Below are positions 1 to 7,430 of a stretch of DNA of 36,848 nt, piece after piece (the first letter of the stretch is position 1; every line of letters starts with the position of its first letter). A program made the translations under genes and the position numbers. The stretch comes from a virus. The stretch lies in the IMG/VR virus record IMGVR_UViG_3300028568_000020. One strand, 5' to 3'. The notes beneath the pieces are model-generated. The model ran no database searches and had not been told where the DNA came from. It worked only from the letters and a program-made list of their open reading frames with translations.

Positions 1-137
1 ATCCAATCTTGGAGTTTTGGATTATCATATTCATAATTATTTGTATTTTGCCAATCTTTTTCAATTGCAACTTTTCCTTTTTTCTGAACCAAAATAAACT
101 TAGCTTTGTCTCTAATTTGTTCTGGTATTTCTACCAT
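1..137 (-). CDS. N-terminus of a probable primase-polymerase (Prim-Pol/AEP), truncated by the window edge
   Basis: ATG at 137 overlaps the upstream stop (TAATG). Reads MVEIPEQIRDKAKFILVQKKGKVAIEKDWQNTNNYEYDNPKLQDW..., resembling the K-x-[AP]-x3-WQ...Y...L..W start of bifunctional primase-polymerases. Lies at the end of a replication operon. Confidence 0.55.
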   Translation of the reverse strand, partial: MVEIPEQIRDKAKFILVQKKGKVAIEKDWQNTNNYEYDNPKLQDW

Positions 138-772
138 TAATAGCCCCCATTATCTTTTTTATATTGTTTAACTTCCCACCACTTGTCAACAAGTATATTA
201 AATTCTTTTGTTAGATTATAAAGTTTATTACAATCGATAACCTTTGTCTTAACTTCTAAATTTGGATTTGTTTCAATAAATGGGTGTATTGATATAATCA
301 TTGCCTTATCTGGAAAATCTTCTAATAACCCAGCATATCCACCAAGTTGCAGTAAATGATTATCATAAATTGCCTTACTTGTTTTTAAATCAAACAAAAC
401 AACTTCATCATCTAATATACCCAGTAAATCTAATGTTCCGCAATATTTATCATTTTTGTGAAACTGTTCAACTTCTAATGGCTCAATGTTTAAATAAAGG
501 TGCTCCCACATTTCAACAGCATTTTCCAAAAGATAATAAATATCATCTGGGTAATCTTTTAAATCAATGTCTGGGGGTTCTAATTCCAAAGGTGATAACT
601 TATTTAATATATGGTAGTGAACCAATGTCCCAATGTTACCCCTTTCTTTTAGCATTCTTTCCCATTCTGGATTTTTATTTTTCCAATATTTTAGTCCTTG
701 TGGTTCTGGCATCATTTCTCTTAAAATTTGTGTTACACTTGGTAACTTATTCTCTTCAAAATTATGTGGCAT
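137..772 (-). CDS. PD-(D/E)XK exonuclease (phage lambda-exo/Cas4-like fold)
   Basis: Motifs LPSVTQIL, GNIGTLVH, CGTLDLL, LFDLKTS, QLGGY. Start re-called at ATG 772 (ORF track gives 781). Confidence 0.8.
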   Translation of the reverse strand: MPHNFEENKLPSVTQILREMMPEPQGLKYWKNKNPEWERMLKERGNIGTLVHYHILNKLSPLELEPPDIDLKDYPDDIYYLLENAVEMWEHLYLNIEPLEVEQFHKNDKYCGTLDLLGILDDEVVLFDLKTSKAIYDNHLLQLGGYAGLLEDFPDKAMIISIHPFIETNPNLEVKTKVIDCNKLYNLTKEFNILVDKWWEVKQYKKDNGGY

Positions 773-787
773 TTTTATCAATCCTAC

Positions 788-2155
788 TTATTCTTCTGTA
801 TTAACAAGTTTTCCAAATACTTTTATATAGTTTTGTTTTCTTTGAATATAGTGGCTTAATAATAATCTATTACCGTTATCTTTAAAGTCTATAATTATTG
901 CATCGTTTTTTCCTACTTGTGGTCTTAATACCCTACCTATTGTTTGAATTGTAGCAACAGCACTTTTTTTACCACTTGCATATATTAGTGCATCCATTGA
1001 TGGTATATTAACACCTTCTTTTAATAAGGTTGAAATTAAACAAGATAATTCCCCAGTTGCAAACATTTTAATAATTTCTTGTCTGTCTTTACTTTGACCA
1101 GATATAAACATACTATTGGGTATCATCTTTTTTAATAATAAACCGTGCTTAATTCTATCAGTGTGAATATAAACAGAACGACCATCTTTAACTAACTTGG
1201 TTGCCCAGTCAGCTATACTTTTATTTCTTTCTTCATTTTCTACAATACCTTTAACATAAACAGTATTAAAATCTTCTGAATAAATAACTTTTGGGGGCAG
1301 TTTTTGGAATATAAAAATTGGTTTTGCCAAATACCCATTTTCAACAAGATATTCTGGTGTTATTGTTTTACTTAATAATCCAATAGCTCCAAATATTTTA
1401 ATATCGGCATTATCTTCTCTATAAGGTGTTGCACTTAAACCCAATCTAAATTTGGGTAAAAAACTCATTGCAACTTTATAAGCTGTATCTGCTGGTATTG
1501 TGTGGCATTCATCAAATATAACAAGTGGGTAATTAATAAGGGGTTTTTTATTTTTAACTTTTTGGTGTAAAGTTTGAACCATTGCAACGGTGCAAATATC
1601 ACCCCATTCTTCCACCCCATCACCGACAATACCTGCATCAATACCCAAGTTTAATTTTATCTCATCTTTCCATTGATACAGTAATTCTTTTCTATGAACA
1701 ATAACTACAAATGGTGTTTTATTTAAGTAAGCCCAATACAATCCTATTAAAGTTTTACCTGCTCCAGTTGGCAAACTAACAATCCCACTTTGGTTTCTTT
1801 GCTGTTGCAAACAATTAATAGCATCAACTTGGTAATCTCTTAACTCAAAACCCAGCCAATTAAAATCATATTCTTTATAAGTGTTAAAATACTCCTGTAT
1901 TTTATAATCTATATTGTTACAAATTAAAATACTTTCAACTTTTTCAATTAATCCTATTGGAAAAAAATTGTTGCCCTTATTTGAAAGTTGTAATAATCTA
2001 ACCCTTCCGTCCCAATCACCAGTTAAAAATTCGTGGTCTTTAATGTAATAACTTAAAGCTATATCTAACTGGGTAAAAACATCATCTGGTAAAGTCCCAT
2101 TTAAAAAATAAAAAGGAAAATTTGATGGTTTTGTTATTGTTATCAAAAACATCAA
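788..2155 (-). CDS. Superfamily 2 DEAD/H helicase (XPB/Rad25/UvsW-like)
   Basis: LRDYQ Q-motif, Walker A PTGAGKT, DECH, LSATP, QTIGRVLR motif VI. Confidence 0.92.
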   Translation of the reverse strand: MMFLITITKPSNFPFYFLNGTLPDDVFTQLDIALSYYIKDHEFLTGDWDGRVRLLQLSNKGNNFFPIGLIEKVESILICNNIDYKIQEYFNTYKEYDFNWLGFELRDYQVDAINCLQQQRNQSGIVSLPTGAGKTLIGLYWAYLNKTPFVVIVHRKELLYQWKDEIKLNLGIDAGIVGDGVEEWGDICTVAMVQTLHQKVKNKKPLINYPLVIFDECHTIPADTAYKVAMSFLPKFRLGLSATPYREDNADIKIFGAIGLLSKTITPEYLVENGYLAKPIFIFQKLPPKVIYSEDFNTVYVKGIVENEERNKSIADWATKLVKDGRSVYIHTDRIKHGLLLKKMIPNSMFISGQSKDRQEIIKMFATGELSCLISTLLKEGVNIPSMDALIYASGKKSAVATIQTIGRVLRPQVGKNDAIIIDFKDNGNRLLLSHYIQRKQNYIKVFGKLVNTEE

Positions 2156-2160
2156 CTCCT

Positions 2161-2940
2161 CTAATCAAACAAGTTTCCTTTCTCAAAAATTTCCGCTGTT
2201 TTTTGCAACTTTTCTGGTGTTACCTTTTGTGCTGGTTCTTCTGGTAACTCAACACCACTTTCCAACCAGTTTTTAATTTCAATTCCAGTTTGTTTTCCCA
2301 CATCAAAAATTCCCCTATGGGCAAATAGTCCTGTTCTATCTTTTGAAACACTTGCTTTATGCTGTTGGTCTAACATAAAAACAATAAGAAATTCAAAATC
2401 CAAATTTTCTCTTTGAATTGGGGCTAAACCCTGTTTAACAACTCTTGTTTGTCCATTTTCTGTAATCATTGAATAATCTGTTTTTGCTCTCATTGTAAAG
2501 ACCATATGCATTTTTGTGTTTAAGATGGTGTCAACCATTTGGTTATACATTGGGGTTATATCATTCCAAGCAGTAAAAGAGTTTCTGCCTCTTTTTTCCA
2601 AAGCTACTTTTTGGTCTAATAAACCACCTTTTCCAACCCAAAAACTACTTAAACCATCTACAAGTAACCCCTTATAACCATTTTCTTTTGCACTATCAAC
2701 AGTTTCTTGAAATTTGGCTATTGTATAATCTGGTTCAATTATACAAATATCAAAAGGTGTTAATTGAGAATAAAACTCTGCTGAACCGTTTTCTGTATCA
2801 GCAACAGCAATAGGTTCATTTTCCCCAACTAAACCTCTTAACATTTCAATACCAGACCAAGTTTTCCCAGAACCACTTGCTCCAATTAAGGCAACTTTTG
2901 CATAACCCCTTCTTCTTTCTGCTTTTCTAAATTCTGCCAA
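2161..2940 (-). CDS. AAA_24/Sak4-like P-loop ATPase (recombination, single-strand annealing)
   Basis: GASGSGKT, DTENGSA, LVDGLSSFW, FTMRAK, YEF-like LDFEF, KDRTGLF. TTG start. Confidence 0.8.
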   Translation of the reverse strand: MAEFRKAERRRGYAKVALIGASGSGKTWSGIEMLRGLVGENEPIAVADTENGSAEFYSQLTPFDICIIEPDYTIAKFQETVDSAKENGYKGLLVDGLSSFWVGKGGLLDQKVALEKRGRNSFTAWNDITPMYNQMVDTILNTKMHMVFTMRAKTDYSMITENGQTRVVKQGLAPIQRENLDFEFLIVFMLDQQHKASVSKDRTGLFAHRGIFDVGKQTGIEIKNWLESGVELPEEPAQKVTPEKLQKTAEIFEKGNLFD

Positions 2941-4137
2941 TTACATCACTTCCTTGTGTATCGCTTTCAAAACTGCTTCTGCAAATACAACTTGTTCTGG
3001 TTGTAACTGCTTTTGTAGTTCTTCAACAGTTGGTATTCTACCCAATATTTTTTCCATATTTCTTGCAACCTGTTTTACAGCATCAACTTTTGCTTCAATA
3101 GTTGTTTGTGTTTTGGGTTCGATATCAACACCTCTTGGAATTATTTTTTCGTTTGGTTGTGTTTTCATTGCTTCTTTAACTGTAATAGGTGTTTCTTGTT
3201 TAGGTGTTGCGGGTGTAACTTTTGTTAAATCCTGTATTGTTAAAGTTCTTAAAGTTATGTAAGTTATTTTTTCACCATCTTGTGAAACACTATCTTTTAA
3301 ACTTACAAGTTCCCCAATGGCTGTTATCTGAATACCTTTTGTTAAAACTGTTAGTTCTTCTATTGTTTCATCAATCCCAGATATACCTTCATTGGTATAA
3401 ACATCTGCCAAAACTGTATTAAGTTCGTCGTGGTTTATCCAAATAACACCGTTTTTATTACGCTGTAAGGAAACGGTAATATGGTTTTTAACACCTTTTT
3501 CACTAACACCAGTTTCCAGAACAAAATTTAATACTGGTCTGCCTTTTTCATCAAAAGGTTTTTCTGTATCAACTTTTTCCCCATCAACCCAAATAGGTAT
3601 TGAGTTAACCCAATTAATAACCCCTGTTATAACAACTGTATCATATTTTTCTTTAATTGAAAAATCGCTTTCTGTTGTCATTGTTATTTTTTCTAAAAAA
3701 GTGGGTATCTTGGAAACATCAAAGTTAGGTTCTTTAATCCCAAGATTTACAATAATGTTCTTATACTGGGTGTTGGGTGTTCCCCTAAACTTGTATTTTC
3801 CAATACTTGTAAAAACTTTACTATCCCAACTGGAAGCTGTCTTTACTGTTCCATCTGCAAATAATATTGGAAATGAATAGGGACTATTTTTTGTGCCATT
3901 TCTATCAACACCACAATTCGAAAGAACCACCCCTTCCATTTCTACACTATCTACAAGATTTTTTGCTTTTTGTAGTATTGCATTTTTAGCTATTCTTAAA
4001 GCCATTGTATCTTTGTATTTTTCAATACTACTTCTTTTTTCTTCTAAAATATCTAATGGATTAATACCTTCTTTTTCCAAAGTTTTGTATTCTTTCATTT
4101 TTCTTATTTCATTTTCTATTGTTTTAAAATCTGCCAT
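2941..4137 (-). CDS. Putative single-stranded DNA-binding protein (possible tandem OB folds)
   Basis: Two beta-rich segments with OB-like patterning (MEGVVL...; VVITGVINWV...ITAIGELV). First gene of the ATPase-helicase-nuclease-primase operon. Fold not confirmed. Confidence 0.4.
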   Translation of the reverse strand: MADFKTIENEIRKMKEYKTLEKEGINPLDILEEKRSSIEKYKDTMALRIAKNAILQKAKNLVDSVEMEGVVLSNCGVDRNGTKNSPYSFPILFADGTVKTASSWDSKVFTSIGKYKFRGTPNTQYKNIIVNLGIKEPNFDVSKIPTFLEKITMTTESDFSIKEKYDTVVITGVINWVNSIPIWVDGEKVDTEKPFDEKGRPVLNFVLETGVSEKGVKNHITVSLQRNKNGVIWINHDELNTVLADVYTNEGISGIDETIEELTVLTKGIQITAIGELVSLKDSVSQDGEKITYITLRTLTIQDLTKVTPATPKQETPITVKEAMKTQPNEKIIPRGVDIEPKTQTTIEAKVDAVKQVARNMEKILGRIPTVEELQKQLQPEQVVFAEAVLKAIHKEVM

Positions 4138-4159
4138 TGTTTTTCACCTTTTATTTTAG

Positions 4160-4210
4160 TGTTGGGGGCAATTTGGACTACATATGATTTTTTTATTTAA
4201 GCCCCCAACA
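4160..4210 (-). promoter_or_regulatory. 5' UTR hairpin (10-bp perfect stem)
   Basis: TGTTGGGGGC (4160-4169) and GCCCCCAACA (4201-4210) are exact reverse complements and lie between the promoter and the GGTGA SD of the 4137 gene. Confidence 0.6.
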
Positions 4211-4227
4211 AACTAAAAATATTTTTA

Positions 4228-4248
4228 ATATATATAAAGGTTACGGTT
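4228..4248 (-). promoter_or_regulatory. Archaeal BRE-TATA promoter of the replication operon
   Basis: Minus strand AACCGTAACCTTTATATATA, matching the motif seen at seven other gene starts. Confidence 0.75.
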
Positions 4249-4687
4249 TAAATAAAATTTCATTTTCAAAATCAGCAATTCTTGAAAAAACCTTATCAGA
4301 AAAATACTTTACCCAAATATGAGTTCTAACAAATTCTGATGGGCTTACAACATACACCTTTATATCTGGGTTTTGAATTTTAGCCAAAGCTACTTCCATA
4401 AATGTTCCAATGGTTCTTTGATAAGATAATAATATGGCAACTAAAACATCACTTGTTTTAATATTGTTTAAATCATTAGGCACAATAATCTCTGCTGGAA
4501 ATTCGTTTGCCCCAATTAATTTATCTTTGAACATCTGGTTATAGCACATACCACTATCATAAAATGGGTTGTATAAAAACACATTTATGTTTTGGGTATC
4601 AATCTTTTCTTGTGTTTTAAGTTGCCATAACCTAACAAGACTTTCATCGGCATAAGGATGTGCCAAGTAAAACTTTCTTATTTCCAA
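4241..4687 (-). CDS. Nucleoside 2'-deoxyribosyltransferase / Rcl(DNPH1)-like N-glycosidase
   Basis: FYLAHPY, YNPF, NDLNNIKTSDVLVA and GTFMEVALA carrying the family nucleophile Glu. TTG start after a GGTG SD. Confidence 0.72.
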   Translation of the reverse strand: MEIRKFYLAHPYADESLVRLWQLKTQEKIDTQNINVFLYNPFYDSGMCYNQMFKDKLIGANEFPAEIIVPNDLNNIKTSDVLVAILLSYQRTIGTFMEVALAKIQNPDIKVYVVSPSEFVRTHIWVKYFSDKVFSRIADFENEILFKP

Positions 4688-4689
4688 TT

Positions 4690-4830
4690 TTACACCTTTT
4701 CAATTGTTACTTTTACCCTATCATCTTTTTTAAAATGTTTTGCAACTTCTTTTGGAAGGTAAATAATTTTATTCTTAAATCCTTCCCTGTATAGTTGTGC
4801 CCCATCTCTAACATTAACTATAAATTCCAT
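4690..4830 (-). CDS. Small AbrB/MazE-like (swapped-hairpin) DNA-binding protein, 46 aa, not in ORF track
   Basis: MEFIVNVRDGAQLYREGFKNKIIYLPKEVAKHFKKDDRVKVTIEKV; GGGGTGAG SD; I-x-LPK...GD/DD-x-V-x-V-x-I pattern. Confidence 0.55.
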   Translation of the reverse strand: MEFIVNVRDGAQLYREGFKNKIIYLPKEVAKHFKKDDRVKVTIEKV

Positions 4831-4851
4831 AACTGCTCACCCCATAAAAGT

Positions 4852-4910
4852 TAATATATAAAAGTATATATAAATATAACTACTGTTTAACCGTAAAGTT
4901 TATATATATA
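4852..4910. promoter_or_regulatory. Back-to-back archaeal promoters
   Basis: Plus strand AACCGTAAAGTTTATATATATA (4889-4910) before the 4937 gene; minus-strand TTTATATA boxes at about 4852-4875 before the 4830 gene. Confidence 0.65.
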
Positions 4911-4936
4911 ATAAATATTTTTAAGTTGGTGATAAA

Positions 4937-5140
4937 ATGTTTAAAATGGATTTAGTGAATAAAAGAAAAGATTACTGCCAAACAATAGCAGTAAAAGACA
5001 CTATTGAAGAAATAGCAGAATTAGTAAAAGATATAACATTGGGTAAAGGTGACCATTTGGACATTTATGCAATGAAACATTTGATTAATTTACCTTATGA
5101 AAAAAGTGAAGAAGGTGAAGAAAGTTGGTTGAAGATATAA
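4937..5140 (+). CDS. Hypothetical protein, possibly ribbon-helix-helix-like regulator
   Basis: GGTGA SD and own promoter; short strand followed by two helices by inspection. Confidence 0.5.
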   Translation: MFKMDLVNKRKDYCQTIAVKDTIEEIAELVKDITLGKGDHLDIYAMKHLINLPYEKSEEGEESWLKI

Positions 5141-5358
5141 AGTTGGATTTAGCCAGAATTTTTGGTGTGCCAATAAATGTTATTACAGAAACAACAAAAG
5201 TTACAAGTGAGTTTTTAAGGTTTGAGATAAAATTAAATAGTTGTTTTATAGATAAAAGATTTGAAAAATTAAGTGAATATACACAAAAAAATAATTTAAT
5301 AAAGTGGTTTCTAATGCCTATTCCCAATGGAATAGAAATTAGTTTTCCAAAAAAATAA
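5125..5358 (+). CDS. Hypothetical protein
   Basis: AGGTGA SD, TTG start, overlaps the upstream gene, ends at a bidirectional terminator. Confidence 0.55.
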   Translation: MVEDIKLDLARIFGVPINVITETTKVTSEFLRFEIKLNSCFIDKRFEKLSEYTQKNNLIKWFLMPIPNGIEISFPKK

Positions 5359-5372
5359 AATTTTATTTTTTT
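5349..5372. terminator. Bidirectional oligo-T terminator between convergent genes
   Basis: Perfect palindrome AAAAAAATAAAA/TTTTATTTTTTT giving T-runs on both strands. Confidence 0.6.
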
Positions 5373-5758
5373 TAATAAATATTCATTATTTCAATAACTG
5401 GAATTATAACGGTGTGTTCTTCATCTTTTACTTCGTCCCATCTTATTTCATACTGTATCAACCAACCATTGTAAGCATATTGATATTGACCTTCTGGTTT
5501 TGGCACTATCTTTTGATAAGCCGTTCCATTGCACATCATTGACTTGCTATCATAAGCACCACCTGCTTTTTGAACCAAATAAAATGCTTCTGTTCTTGTT
5601 GGTTTTTTAGTTTGGGTATCTGTATTTTTTAGTTCTTCTAAATATTCCTGTGCTGTTTGACCTGTTGCTGGCATAACTACATCTGTTTTTTCTATCTCAT
5701 TAACAGATTTAACTTCTTCTATCTTTATGGTTTTACCAAATAGTTTAGCTAAACACAT
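5372..5758 (-). CDS. Hypothetical protein (late operon end, possible lysis module)
   Basis: AGGTG SD, 128 aa, no recognised motif. Confidence 0.6.
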   Translation of the reverse strand: MCLAKLFGKTIKIEEVKSVNEIEKTDVVMPATGQTAQEYLEELKNTDTQTKKPTRTEAFYLVQKAGGAYDSKSMMCNGTAYQKIVPKPEGQYQYAYNGWLIQYEIRWDEVKDEEHTVIIPVIEIMNIY

Positions 5759-5766
5759 CCTAACAC

Positions 5767-5985
5767 CTACTTTTTAAATATATCTTTGCCTGCTTCCCAT
5801 ATAGCAACAAATTCTTCTTCTGATACTGCATTATCATATAGTGCTTTTTCCACTATCTCAAAAAACATTTTCATTTTTGTTATTTTGGATTTTAGTATTT
5901 CCCAACCACCTATTGTTCCTATAACAAAAGTTACAACAAAAGGTAAAATTTTTAATAATATCTCAATTATCTGTGCTGTTTCCAT
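5767..5985 (-). CDS. Small membrane protein, holin-like
   Basis: One N-terminal hydrophobic helix (IIEILLKILPFVVTFVIGTIGGW) and a charged tail, after the tail genes. Start re-called at ATG 5985 after GGGGTG SD. Confidence 0.5.
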   Translation of the reverse strand: METAQIIEILLKILPFVVTFVIGTIGGWEILKSKITKMKMFFEIVEKALYDNAVSEEEFVAIWEAGKDIFKK

Positions 5986-6039
5986 TATTACCACCCCATA
6001 TTTTTATATTTTGGTTTATTTATATATTTAACTATAATT

Positions 6040-6939
6040 TTATTGATAACTATAATCTAAAACTAAATTTGAAATTGTTAATCCTGTATATCTACAAGTC
6101 CAATACCAAGTTGTAGTTGCATCTACTGGGTCACTACTATTTGTGCAACTACTTCTGTATTGGGTTGAGTTCATTTCTACATAAAAATAAGGTTGAACTG
6201 TTGGGTCTGTTGTTGTAACATTAAGAGTATATTCATGTGTTCCATTAACATCTGAACCTGTAAATTCTTCCAATAAAACATTAGAACCACCTATATTATA
6301 ATATAATTTAGTCCAATTGGGTGCATTTCCATTTGTTGTTAGTGTAATTATCATTTTTTCTAATAATACATATCTATTTTTAAAATAATTTAAATTTGTT
6401 ATTTCCATATTCCCGCTGTTAAAAGTATTTGCTCCTGCACTACAAGAACCACAAGAACCGCTTCCAATAGGATATACTTGGGAATGGTTTGTTGCATTGC
6501 TACTAATAGTTCCAACAGAACTTTGGGTTAATGTTGGTTGAATACTTTTTAAAAGTGGTGTATTTCTGGCAGTATTAGTTATAAGTGTTATTGCCCCTGT
6601 ATCTGTTGTAACTACACCCAATAATATAGCATCAGTATCAACTGTTCCAATCGTATCTGTTGTTAACCAACTTGAACCATTGTCACAATGCAAATAAACA
6701 TAATTTGTGCTATCATCTGCCATTGTTAAACTTTCTATTGCCCCACTAATAACTTGAAACATATTGCCATCTTCATCTTTAATATAAGCTCTGCCTGCAC
6801 TTATACTTATATCCAAACCAGTATCTTCTGTTATCTCAAAACCTGTTCCAACAAAATTAGAGAAAAAATCACCAAACCATAAAGTCCAGTTAGATGCTAA
6901 TCCTGTCTGCCCATTAACATAAAATTTACTAAATGCCAT
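6040..6939 (-). CDS. Tail tip / fibre-type structural protein
   Basis: N-terminal GFEIT...GLDISISAGRAYI...NYVYL motif common in tail-fibre/baseplate anchors; Thr/Ser/Asn-rich beta C-terminus. Confidence 0.6.
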   Translation of the reverse strand: MAFSKFYVNGQTGLASNWTLWFGDFFSNFVGTGFEITEDTGLDISISAGRAYIKDEDGNMFQVISGAIESLTMADDSTNYVYLHCDNGSSWLTTDTIGTVDTDAILLGVVTTDTGAITLITNTARNTPLLKSIQPTLTQSSVGTISSNATNHSQVYPIGSGSCGSCSAGANTFNSGNMEITNLNYFKNRYVLLEKMIITLTTNGNAPNWTKLYYNIGGSNVLLEEFTGSDVNGTHEYTLNVTTTDPTVQPYFYVEMNSTQYRSSCTNSSDPVDATTTWYWTCRYTGLTISNLVLDYSYQ

Positions 6940-7430
6940 TAATATTCCACCTCATATAATACATTTAAAGTTTTTGTGTTATTAAATGTTACAGTTGGGC
7001 TTATTAGTGCGTGGGTTAACATCAATAACCCATCTAAACTAAAAAGTGCTATTTCTTTTAGAGTATCATAATATTCTGCTTCTGTGCTTTCATAATACCA
7101 ACTGCCCTGACCAATGTTATAAGTTGTGTTATTGTGTATAGAACTTGTTATGGGTTCTTTTAAATCCCCAACTTGACTATTCATTGCTGTATTGCTGGAA
7201 ATTGGTGCTGTGTCATCATTCCCCAAACCTAAATAATACATTGTAATCTTGTAAGGTTCATAAACCCCAGTAATAACAAGTGCCATTTGTTCTTTCCATT
7301 TATCTGTAATCAGATTTTTTTGCCAATTACCTTTAATGTATTTATCTTTTTCAATTATGTATTCATCAATTCTAAATCTTCCAAGCCATTCTGACTTGTC
7401 ACCCCTTACTAAATCATAATTTGTTACCAT
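6939..7430 (-). CDS. Minor tail protein
   Basis: YLGLGNDDTAP...EIALF...TLNVLYEV; same pattern as the 10566-10934 product. Confidence 0.6.
   Translation of the reverse strand: MVTNYDLVRGDKSEWLGRFRIDEYIIEKDKYIKGNWQKNLITDKWKEQMALVITGVYEPYKITMYYLGLGNDDTAPISSNTAMNSQVGDLKEPITSSIHNNTTYNIGQGSWYYESTEAEYYDTLKEIALFSLDGLLMLTHALISPTVTFNNTKTLNVLYEVEY

Noticed and set aside
137-772. Cas4 / CRISPR adaptation gene
   Set aside because: PD-(D/E)XK core is present but not the four-Cys Fe-S cluster motif, and there are no cas1/cas2 or array; context is recombination.
5085-5327. 80-aa minus-strand ORF
   Set aside because: Overlaps two plus-strand genes that have a promoter, SDs and a terminator.
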